Source: Deltaproteobacteria bacterium (GTDB lineage: Bacteria; Desulfobacterota; Desulfomonilia; Desulfomonilales; Desulfomonilaceae). Taken from it: 32,000 nucleotides of DNA. A program made the position numbers and the translations under genes. The stretch covers positions 27,025 to 59,024 of the forward strand of contig JAMCYH010000136.1 in the NCBI GenBank assembly GCA_023474025.1, read 5' to 3'. Under the pieces are notes generated by a model. It was not told the DNA's origin. It searched no databases and saw only the letters and a list, made by a program, of their open reading frames with translations. This document shows, piece after piece, positions 1-7,941 of the stretch. Each line of letters begins with the position of its first letter. Within the stretch, counting starts at the first letter, position 1.

Positions 1-926
1 TGTATCACAACAATCCGTTGCGAACATGCCCTAATCCTGCCCGGGTAATTGAGGGTTACAGGAAGCTGGATCTTCTCGTCAGTTTTGATTACATCCTTTC
101 GGAAACAGCGTCTCTGGCTCATTACATATTACCCGAATCCTATTATCTGGAACGCGACGATGTCGTTCATACCAACCATTGCTTTAATTCGAAGCAGGTC
201 GCTATCAGACAGGCTGTCATAGAGCCCCTCTATGACACCAAGCCTATGGTCGTTATCCTCATTGAATTGGCTAAAAGCCTGGGCATAGGGAATTATTTCA
301 ATTTCACGCTTGAAGAGTATAACCAGGCGGCGTTGGCTCCGTTTGGGATAACGCTTGAACGGCTCAAGCAGGAAGGTGTCATAGATCTTGGCGGAAAATG
401 GGAACCGGGTCCACCTCAGTTCAAGACACCGAGTGGAAAATTTGAGTTTGTTTCATCTACTCTCCAGGATCTAAATTTGCCGGCCGTCCCTGAATGGGAG
501 GAGCCTCTTGTAGTTCCCGACCAGAGCGACATTCATTCCTTCCGTTTGATACACGGGAAACAGGCTCATCATACGCACGCCAAGACAATCAATCAGGAAT
601 ACCTCAAAGAGATATCGCTCCTGAATGATATGACCAGGGTATGGATCCACCCAGAAAGAGCGAAGGCCCTTGGGATAAAGGATGGGGATTGCATGACCAT
701 TAGTAATAGTGTGGGCAAAGGCAGGGCACGAGCGCTTGTGACTGATGGGATTCATAGAGATTGTGTTTTTCTACCGAGTTCATATGGGGTCTATTCCAGG
801 AATCTCCGCACAGCCTTTGGTTTTGGAATATCGTACAATGATTTTCTTCCCACATACTTTGATCCTGTGCTTGGCCACTGCATGTCAAATGAAATAATAG
901 TAAGGGTTGAAAAAACTCCAGCATGA
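1..926 (+). CDS. Molybdopterin (DMSO-reductase family) oxidoreductase catalytic subunit, C-terminal ~308 aa; PsrA/PhsA-like. The 5' end lies outside the window.
   Basis: Frame 3 is open from nt 3 (YHNNPLRTCPN...), so the listed start at 18 is an internal TTG (Leu). The C-terminal region looks like a molybdopterin-dinucleotide-binding domain (RVWIHPERAKALGIKDGDCMTISNSVGKGRARALVTDGIHRDCVFLP). It is followed by 4Fe-4S and NrfD-type subunits in A-B-C order. Confidence 0.85.
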   Translation, partial: YHNNPLRTCPNPARVIEGYRKLDLLVSFDYILSETASLAHYILPESYYLERDDVVHTNHCFNSKQVAIRQAVIEPLYDTKPMVVILIELAKSLGIGNYFNFTLEEYNQAALAPFGITLERLKQEGVIDLGGKWEPGPPQFKTPSGKFEFVSSTLQDLNLPAVPEWEEPLVVPDQSDIHSFRLIHGKQAHHTHAKTINQEYLKEISLLNDMTRVWIHPERAKALGIKDGDCMTISNSVGKGRARALVTDGIHRDCVFLPSSYGVYSRNLRTAFGFGISYNDFLPTYFDPVLGHCMSNEIIVRVEKTPA

Positions 927-1033
927 AAAATCGGTTGAGGCGCTAATGGTAATAATTTAACCAAAGCTAAGAATGTATATTGGCTCAGGTAGTTATGAGC
1001 TTCAGCCATGTTAGACAATTCAAGGAACCAACT

Positions 1034-1576
1034 ATGCCACGTTACGGAATAGCTATTGATAGTACCAAATGCATTGGATGTCATTCGTGCCGAGTAGCAT
1101 GCCAGAATCAAAATGAACTTCATTTTGATGAGACTTTTAATTGGATCAAGAGTAAGGACCGAGGGCAATATCCTTCTTACGGTAAAGAATTTATTCCATT
1201 ACAGTGCAACCACTGCGAAAACGCTCCCTGTCAGAGAGTTTGTCCTACAGGCGCCACGTACACGTCAAAAGAAGGGGTTGTATTGGTAAATCCTAAAACC
1301 TGCGTAGGGTGTAAATATTGTATGGAGGCCTGCCCCTATAAAATGCGAATAATTGACCATCGTAGGGGCATAGTAGAAAAGTGCCGCCTGTGCATCGAAC
1401 TTGTTCGGGAAGGTGGGACTCCGGCCTGCGTTACCACATGTCCTACCCAGGTTCGTATTTTCGGAGACCTCGATGATCCGAATAGCGCCATATCAAGATT
1501 TATAGCTCAGACCGGAGCACAGCCTTTGAGACCTGACTTGGGGACTGTCCCCAAGATTTTTTACAAGAGGAGCTAA
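1034..1576 (+). CDS. 4Fe-4S ferredoxin-type electron-transfer subunit (PsrB/DmsB/NrfC family)
   Basis: Four Cys clusters are present: CIGCHSCRVAC, CNHCENAPCQRVCP, CVGCKYCMEACP and CRLC...PACVTTCP. The ATG at 1034 is preceded by AAGGA (1023-1027). The 18 codons added by the TTG at 980 do not look like part of the family. Confidence 0.9.
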   Translation: MPRYGIAIDSTKCIGCHSCRVACQNQNELHFDETFNWIKSKDRGQYPSYGKEFIPLQCNHCENAPCQRVCPTGATYTSKEGVVLVNPKTCVGCKYCMEACPYKMRIIDHRRGIVEKCRLCIELVREGGTPACVTTCPTQVRIFGDLDDPNSAISRFIAQTGAQPLRPDLGTVPKIFYKRS

Positions 1577-1578
1577 TC

Positions 1579-2463
1579 ATGCAACAAAGCGCTTGGGGTT
1601 GGCTGATAATCACCTATCTTTTCCTTGCAGGGGCAGGTTCTGGGGCTTTCATCGCAGCAGTAGCCTGTGATCTACTTGCTCCTGACTGGTCCAAGGCCCT
1701 GGCCAGAGCAGGATCGCTTGTCGCAGGACCGCTTGTAATAATAGGAACATTGTGTCTTGTTTTTGACCTTGAAGCGGGTTTTTGGCAACCATGGCGTCAG
1801 TTTTATATGATCGGGAATCTGAGAAGTATGATCTCGTGGGGAGTCATAATTCTCTCAATCTTCATTCCTTTAGCGCTTCTATATGCGGCAGCCCTCAATG
1901 AAATAACCTTTGTTGGCAAACTGGCGCAAAAATATGTAACCGCCATAGAAATCATCGGGAGCCTGTTTGCTATTGCAACTGCTACTTATACAGGGGTTCT
2001 GATTGCCGTAGTAAATGGTGTCCCATTTTGGAACACTCCTTTGATGCCAGTACTGTTTCTGGCTTCAGCTATTTCCACCGGTTTGGCCGCAGCAATGATA
2101 GTTGCTGCCATAATAGATGTAAAAACGATCAAAACGCTATCAAATTTCGCATTGGGCCACGTCATATTTCTTTCTGTAGAAGGTTTGGTATTGATGTTAT
2201 TTGTCTTCATGTCCTTGACCAGGTCTACGGAAGCCGCTCTTTCGGCGAGCGGGCTTATATCGGGGACGTTGAGCCCATATTTTTGGGGTTTGGTAGTAAT
2301 ATTGGGTCTGGTTGTACCGTTTATTCTAAGTGTCTTTGAATTTCTCGAATATGGAAAAATGCCGAAGTCTCTAGTTGTGGGAGCGGACCTCCTGGTTTTA
2401 ATGGGGGGAATGAGTTTAAGAGCGTTAATAATTTTCTCAGGAACTCCACCTCAAATCATTTAG
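1579..2463 (+). CDS. NrfD/PsrC-type integral membrane quinol-interacting subunit
   Basis: The N-terminus is typical of the family (WGWLIITYLFLAGAGSGAF) and about 8 hydrophobic helices follow. The RBS AGGAG lies 6 nt upstream. The gene starts 2 nt after the stop of the 4Fe-4S gene. Confidence 0.85.
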   Translation: MQQSAWGWLIITYLFLAGAGSGAFIAAVACDLLAPDWSKALARAGSLVAGPLVIIGTLCLVFDLEAGFWQPWRQFYMIGNLRSMISWGVIILSIFIPLALLYAAALNEITFVGKLAQKYVTAIEIIGSLFAIATATYTGVLIAVVNGVPFWNTPLMPVLFLASAISTGLAAAMIVAAIIDVKTIKTLSNFALGHVIFLSVEGLVLMLFVFMSLTRSTEAALSASGLISGTLSPYFWGLVVILGLVVPFILSVFEFLEYGKMPKSLVVGADLLVLMGGMSLRALIIFSGTPPQII

Positions 2464-2540
2464 TTGCACGAATTAAACATCATCCCTCAGATGAGCTTTT
2501 CCGGAATCTGGACTTAATTCTTTTTAATTAGGAAACTGTC

Positions 2541-2915
2541 ATGGAACCACAATCTGATACTCCTGAAACACCAATAGAAAATGAGGTTGTCTCGGAAGAT
2601 GAAGTTAGCCCTGAACTCCCCGAGCAGCCGTCTCCAGAAATTCAGGCCAATAATCACGCAAAAAGAGGCAAGCTTATGACCTCCGCTCTCCTTGTGACAA
2701 TCGTCCTGACTTTCATCTCAGTGCTGGTTGCGGGAATATTCGAATTAACCGGCCGATGGTTCAGGGAATGCCCAAAGGAATTGCGTGTGAATGATCCGGC
2801 CCCAGCGCTGTGGAATGACATGACCTCGAAAAGGCCGGTAAACGTAGGTCTTGGAGTCCCGCAAGAATTGCAAAAGGAAACGATGTTAAAAATTACCGAA
2901 GTGGGGCCTAAATAA
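2541..2915 (+). CDS. Hypothetical single-pass membrane protein with an acidic, Pro/Glu-rich N-terminal tail
   Basis: The ORF has an AGGAA RBS. It carries a low-complexity tail (PETPIENEVVSEDEVSPELPEQPSPE), one clear TM helix (LMTSALLVTIVLTFISVLVAGIF) and a C-terminal domain of about 50 aa. I recognise no family. Confidence 0.5.
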   Translation: MEPQSDTPETPIENEVVSEDEVSPELPEQPSPEIQANNHAKRGKLMTSALLVTIVLTFISVLVAGIFELTGRWFRECPKELRVNDPAPALWNDMTSKRPVNVGLGVPQELQKETMLKITEVGPK

Positions 2916-2964
2916 TTTTCCCATTTGTCGGCATCACAGTCTTATTTTTATAGGAGGAGAGAAT

Positions 2965-3492
2965 ATGAGCGCTTCCGACTATGCCAAAGGTTATTGGAAC
3001 CCGTTTTTAGCGGGTATTGCGTTGGGGTTGGTATTACTTTTAACTTTCTTCATTATGGGTACTGGCTTGGGCGCTTCTGGGGCAATTGCCAGGACCGCGG
3101 CTGTTCTGCCACACACTTTCATTCCTGAAGCCGTTGAACACAATCAATATTTCAAGGTTTTTTATAAAACGGGGGCCAGTTATCCTTTAATTGACTGGAT
3201 GGTTTTCGAAGTAATTGGTGTTTTTTTTGGAGGACTGATTGGTGTCATTACAGCTAAAAGATTCAAACTGTCGATTGGAAAAGGGGCCACATTCCCTGCC
3301 ATAAACCGACTGCTTCTGGCTTTTTTAGGAGGAATTATAGGTGGGATAGGCACCCGTTTTGCCATGGGTTGCACTAGTGGACAAGCGCTCAGCGGTGGAG
3401 CGACCATGGTTTTGGGTAGCTGGATTTTTATGATGACTGTCTTTGCAACAGCTTTTGTCGCAGCTTATTTTGTGAGAAAGGAATGGCAATGA
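2965..3492 (+). CDS. YeeE/YedE family sulfur-compound transport protein, half-size, first of a pair
   Basis: Polytopic membrane protein with the family's conserved Cys loop (FAMGCTSGQALSGGA). A strong RBS (AGGAGG) lies upstream of the ATG at 2965. Confidence 0.8.
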   Translation: MSASDYAKGYWNPFLAGIALGLVLLLTFFIMGTGLGASGAIARTAAVLPHTFIPEAVEHNQYFKVFYKTGASYPLIDWMVFEVIGVFFGGLIGVITAKRFKLSIGKGATFPAINRLLLAFLGGIIGGIGTRFAMGCTSGQALSGGATMVLGSWIFMMTVFATAFVAAYFVRKEWQ

Positions 3493-4088
3493 ATGCTCCA
3501 CTTTATCTGAACGAAGTAATAAGTGTCCATACCAGTCTTTTTGTCGCAATTGGCATAGGGGTATTGTTCGGGTTTGTCCTTGAACGGGCAGGCTTCGGAG
3601 ACTCACGGAATCTCACGTCGATATTTTATTTCCGTGACATGCGAGTCCTTAGAGTGATGTTCTCGGCCCTTGTCACCGCGATGCTGGGCTTGGTAATCCT
3701 CAATCGCGTTGGACTTTTCGACTACTCGATGCTTCTGGATTACTCTCTGCTAAAAACTTACCTTTGGCCTCAACTCGTAGGTGGCATTCTTTTTGGCTTA
3801 GGTTTTGTTATAGGTGGATACTGTCCTGGTACCGCCGTTGTTGGGGTGGCGTCCGGAAAAATTGACAGTATTGTATTTTTGATCGGCATGATCGTTGGGA
3901 TTGATATTTTTGCCTTGGGCATGCCTTTGTGGGGCAGTTTTTATAAAAGTTCGGACATGGGGCGAGTGACACTATGGCAGTATTTTGGGACGTCAATGGA
4001 AACCATGGCAGGAATAATTACAATAGCTGCGCTATGTGCGTTCGTTTTGGCCTGGTTGGCCGAAAAGTGGGCCCCATACGATAAATGA
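3489..4088 (+). CDS. YeeE/YedE family sulfur-compound transport protein, half-size, second of a pair
   Basis: Conserved Cys loop GGYCPGTAVVG and multiple TM helices. The ATG at 3489 forms an ATGA overlap with the upstream stop and has better spacing to AAAGGA than the ATG at 3483. Confidence 0.8.
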   Translation: MNAPLYLNEVISVHTSLFVAIGIGVLFGFVLERAGFGDSRNLTSIFYFRDMRVLRVMFSALVTAMLGLVILNRVGLFDYSMLLDYSLLKTYLWPQLVGGILFGLGFVIGGYCPGTAVVGVASGKIDSIVFLIGMIVGIDIFALGMPLWGSFYKSSDMGRVTLWQYFGTSMETMAGIITIAALCAFVLAWLAEKWAPYDK

Positions 4089-4150
4089 TTTTGGTCGACA
4101 AATTGTTTCGTGCTAGTAATAGCGCATTAAATTGTGAGGAGGTTTGATTG

Positions 4151-4387
4151 ATGAAGAAGGCTTTAAGAATCATGCTGGTTGTACTGTCGTTGTCTGCTTT
4201 CGTTTTCGCTACGTCTGCGTTGGCAGAAGAATTTTTTGTCGTTAAGCAAGGGGCAAAAATGGCTGTAACCGACAAAAAACCTGCGGATGTAAAAAGTGTA
4301 GTCAAGGGGCCATTCAAGACGAAGGCTGAAGCAGAGGCTGCCTTGAAGTCGGCTGTCAAACCTAAACCACCAACCACAGGCTGCTAA
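4151..4387 (+). CDS. Small secreted Lys-rich protein (78 aa precursor) ending in ...KPKPPTTGC
   Basis: GAGGAGG (4136-4142) lies 8 nt before the ATG at 4151. The signal peptide is classical (MKKALRIMLVVLSLSAFVFATSALA|EE). The mature part is about 53 aa, and its only Cys is the last residue. Confidence 0.55.
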   Translation: MKKALRIMLVVLSLSAFVFATSALAEEFFVVKQGAKMAVTDKKPADVKSVVKGPFKTKAEAEAALKSAVKPKPPTTGC

Positions 4388-4414
4388 ATACGAGGCTGGA
4401 AAAATATTGGCATA

Positions 4415-4444
4415 GCGGCGCTCAGCTATGACGCGCCGCATTTT
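4415..4444 (+). terminator. Putative Rho-independent terminator after the small secreted-protein gene
   Basis: GCGGCGC (4415-4421) pairs with GCGCCGC (4433-4439) around an 11-nt loop, followed by TTTT (4441-4444). The long loop and short T-run make it only moderately convincing. Confidence 0.4.
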
Positions 4445-4478
4445 CCCCACATAAAATACGTGTTATCGATAGGTCGCT

Positions 4479-4931
4479 ATGCCTCATGAGTCCATGGAAT
4501 CTAACAGCAAGCGCTCTTTCCTCAAATACTTGATGGTTTTTGTGAGTGGATTAATAGGGGTTTTTTCATCTTGGGGAATTGCCAGGTTTGTCTTTTCGGG
4601 GACCAGGCAAAAAGTTGACCGAACAATCCCAACAGAATTATTCAAATCCATCAGCAGTGGAAAACCGTATTTCATACCACACGCCGAGGTATGGATAGTT
4701 AAAGGAAGTAATCTTTCAAACTCAATAGCGTTAGATGATCGTTGCACTCACTTGGGTTGCCGCTATAAATGGAATGATTCTAAAGGCATATTCGAGTGCC
4801 CATGCCATGGAAGTGAGTTCGATATACAGGGTCACGTGTTGCGTGGTCCAGCGTCCAGGCCATTGAAAAGTTTGTTTCTGGCCGAGACTTCAGAGCAGAT
4901 TTTGCGGATATCCGACCACCCTCACAACTAA
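4479..4931 (+). CDS. Rieske [2Fe-2S] subunit of a cytochrome b6f/bc-type complex
   Basis: Cluster-binding boxes CTHLGC and CPCHGS are followed by LRGPA. An N-terminal TM anchor is preceded by SKRSFLK, a KR variant of the twin-arginine motif. Confidence 0.85.
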   Translation: MPHESMESNSKRSFLKYLMVFVSGLIGVFSSWGIARFVFSGTRQKVDRTIPTELFKSISSGKPYFIPHAEVWIVKGSNLSNSIALDDRCTHLGCRYKWNDSKGIFECPCHGSEFDIQGHVLRGPASRPLKSLFLAETSEQILRISDHPHN

Positions 4932-4985
4932 TAAATGTCATTGAATTTATATCCAATCGTTTAAAATCTGTAATAAGGGCATAAA

Positions 4986-5621
4986 ATGAAGAGGGATTCC
5001 CTGGTATCGCTTTTTGAGCACATTCATCCTGGATACGTACCGGAAACCTCTGCGCGTATCAGTTTTACATTTTGTTTGGGTGGATTGGCGACAACCATGT
5101 TTTTGGCGGAAATACTTACCGGCGCGTTACTTATGCTCTACTACTACCCATCAATTTCCAGTGCTTATCCTTCGGTTCAAAGAATAATGTATTTTGCGCC
5201 ATATGGTTTTGTATTCCGCAACATTCATTATTGGGCAGGACAATTGCTTGTTATTTTGGTTCTTTTGCATATGGTTCGGGTTTTCCTGACAGGTTCATAT
5301 CTACCGCCGAGACAGTTAAACTGGGTGATCGGCGCGATCCTTCTCCTTTTCGTGTTTGTAGAAGACTTCACCGGATACCTGCTGATTTGGGACGAACGTG
5401 CGCTTTGGGCTTGGACTATCGCCAGAAACCTGACCGACAGGATACCATTCTTCGGAAAGGAATTTGCTCTGGTTTTATTTGGGCCACCGGATGTCAGTGA
5501 CCTTAGCCTGGTTAGACTTTACGCATGGCATGTATTGATCCTGCCAGCCATTATGTTTTTTATGATGTCCCTTCACTACTGGAAGATCCGCAGGGAGGGT
5601 GGAATTTCAATACCTCTATAA
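4986..5621 (+). CDS. Cytochrome b6-type protein (four-helix N-terminal cytochrome b module)
   Basis: Collinear with cytochrome b6. FCLGG corresponds to YCLGG (the heme ci Cys). Helix B reads H-x13-H (IHYWAGQLLVILVLLH) and helix D reads H-x14-H (HVLILPAIMFFMMSLH). GYLLIWDE is present. The C-terminus REGGISIPL* matches the b6 ending KQGISGPL*. Confidence 0.9.
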   Translation: MKRDSLVSLFEHIHPGYVPETSARISFTFCLGGLATTMFLAEILTGALLMLYYYPSISSAYPSVQRIMYFAPYGFVFRNIHYWAGQLLVILVLLHMVRVFLTGSYLPPRQLNWVIGAILLLFVFVEDFTGYLLIWDERALWAWTIARNLTDRIPFFGKEFALVLFGPPDVSDLSLVRLYAWHVLILPAIMFFMMSLHYWKIRREGGISIPL

Positions 5622-7677
5622 TTTGAGTTCTGGGGCTTCTGCTGTTCTCAAAGCTTCGTCAATGACTTTCGCTAGTTTCTTTGAACTTATCGGTTTGGAT
5701 ATGTAAGCGTCCATCCCAACATCAAGGCGCCTTTCCCTATCACCTACCATGGCATGGGCTGTCATGGCGACTATTGGGATATGGCGGCCCAAGACTACTT
5801 CCTTTTCGCGAATTGCCCTCGTGGCCTCAAATCCATCCATCTCAGGCATTTGAACATCCATCAACACAAGTTGAAAATCGTCCTGTTCGAGGGTATGCAA
5901 TGCTTCTCTGCCATTTGACGCTATTGAAACTACATGGCCCATCTTTTCAAGTATCTTGACAGCAAGTTTTTGATTTACCGTGTTGTCTTCGGCAAGAAGG
6001 ATCTTCAGGCGTTTCCTGGCTTCCCGGACTGAGTGTCTTGTAATTAGTGAGCAAGAATGATCTGAACTAGACGGCTTTTGCATAGCCATCAATATTGCGT
6101 CCAACAAATCGGACTGTTTTATCGGTTTCATCAGATAGGCTGAAATCCCCAACTCCCTACATTTTGCGCCATCACCTATTTGACCTCCAGAAGTTAGCAT
6201 CACTATCTTTTCGAGACTAGATCTCCTGTTACGAGCAATCACTTCGGCCAGTTCAAAACCATTCATCTGCGGCGCCATAAAATCCAAAAACGCTAGAGAA
6301 AAAGGCTCTCCTTTTTTATTAGCCGAATTAATCACATCCGTAGCGGTCGTGCTGTCGGCCACAGCGGTAGGCGTCATACCCCATGAGCGCAAAGTGTCCT
6401 CCAATATCCTCCTGTTTGTAGCATTGTCATCTACAATCAGTACCTAACCCCGGCTAGCGATGACTTCGCTTTAGGCGCCACTTTTCGAACAGGACTGGTT
6501 GGGTATTCAAACCGGACGGTGAAATGGAAAACGCTACCTGTGCCGATTTCACTTTCAGCCCATATCTTACCTTTCATCATTTCTACCAACTGTGATGAAA
6601 TAGCTAGACCTAAACCCGTTCCAGCATATTCCCTGGTGGTTGAACCGTCGACCTGTCCAAAGGCTTTGAAGATACGGACTATTTTGTGTGGGGGAATGCC
6701 TATGCCTGTATCAGAAACTATGAAATGGAGTTCAGCATATTTTTCAGCTTCATGTTCCGGAAAAACCCGTAGGACGACTTCTCCTCTCGCCGTGAATTTG
6801 ATTGCGTTACCCACGAGATTAACCAGTATCTGGCGCAGGCGTCCTGGGTCTCCAGTTAGATTGTCGGGGGATCAGTGGCAATATCGTAAGCCAACTCAAG
6901 CCTTTTGGCATGAGCCTGGCTGGCCATAGTGCTCATTGTGTTGCCGACACAATCCCTCAAACTGAAATCGGTGTTTATGAGCTCGAACTTGCCAGCCTCC
7001 ATCTTGGAAAAATCCAAAATATCATTTATCAGTGACAGTAAAGCATTGGCTGAAATTCTTACTGACTCGAGATATTCCTTTTGCTCACCTGTCAGTTCGG
7101 TTCCCAAAGCCAACTCGGCCATCCCTATGATACCATTCATGGGTGTACGAATCTCGTGATTCATATTTGCAAGAAACTGGCTCTTGGCGTGGTTTGCGGA
7201 TTCAGCAGCAATACGCGCCAATACCTGGTCCGTTATATCAACAACGTTTAGAATTATCCCCTCGAACTGATCATTCACAAAAATTGGTTGAATTCTGAGG
7301 GAAACGTGCAACCCGAATATCTCAGGATTTATTTTGAGATTTTCTCTTTTGAGAGTCTTTCCGTATTTAGTGAACAAGGCATTAACGCTCTCCAGGACGT
7401 CGATGTTAGTATGAAAATCCCAGACAGATTTACCCAGCAGTCGATCACGACTCAGATTAGCCTTTCTTAAAAACCAGTTGTTAACGTCTGTAACTATTCC
7501 ATTTGCATCAACAAGTACAACACCTTCTTCCATGCCGTCGATCATGGACCGCATTTTCTGATTTTCAGCTTTATAAGAGTTGAGCTCTTCCTGAAGTTTT
7601 TTTACTGAACTGGAAACTATTTCCGATTCAGAGATATTGGGTTTCATTCTTTCCGTGGATTTTTCATGATCTTGCAA
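5616..7677 (-). pseudogene. Hybrid sensor histidine kinase (PAS, HisKA, HATPase_c, REC, REC) split into three ORFs by two 1-nt frameshifts
   Basis: The three ORFs are 6856-7677 (PAS plus H-box HEIRTPMNGI), 6437-6814 (GNAIKFT...GTGLGL) and 5616-6404 (two receivers). Adding one C to the C5 run (+ strand G5, 6866-6870) restores [28 protein letters not shown]. Adding one nt at 6440-6446 restores [28 protein letters not shown]. The TTG start at 7677 has GGAGG 6 nt upstream. Confidence 0.8.
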
Positions 7678-7941
7678 GGATCGCCTCCGGAAGAGGGAAC
7701 TATCTGACAGGGAGTTTACCGTTTGAATACCGGGAGATTATGGCGCCTACCATAGATTATGACCAGGGAACAAGCAAGTCCGACTAACATCTAAGATCAC
7801 ACCTAATCAGGCAATATCTTTTGACATACTTGTGGAATTAGCCAGAATTGAGTTGCTAATATCTTGCGACATCTTGCAATCCCGCTAATTGATAATATTT
7901 TTTACGCAACACTTGGAATTTCGAATACAGGAGAACATCTA

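Noticed and set aside
980-1033. Upstream TTG start for the 4Fe-4S subunit
   Set aside because: The extension (AQVVMSFSHVRQFKEPT) is not part of the family. The ATG at 1034 has an AAGGA RBS and gives the canonical MPRYG...C-x2-C-x2-C N-terminus.
4397-4412. Sigma-54-like TGG-N9-(T)GGC element (TGGAAAAATATTGGCA) upstream of the Rieske gene
   Set aside because: It matches the -24/-12 consensus only partially (TGGAAA versus TGGCAC, TGGC versus TTGC). It also lies upstream of the putative terminator hairpin, which makes little sense for a promoter.
6519-6929. 136-aa + strand ORF, plus other antisense ORFs at 12785-13132, 15569-15952, 16280-16602, 21451-21756, 5072-5500, 2028-2339 and 4018-4450
   Set aside because: Each overlaps a motif-supported gene on the other strand or in another frame. 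None has a family signature or a convincing RBS.
7735-7761. Direct 8-bp repeat AGATTATG x2 (19 bp apart) in the kinase/yyaL divergent region
   Set aside because: One repeated 8-mer in a ~260-bp AT-rich region is about what chance predicts. Nothing else supports a binding site.
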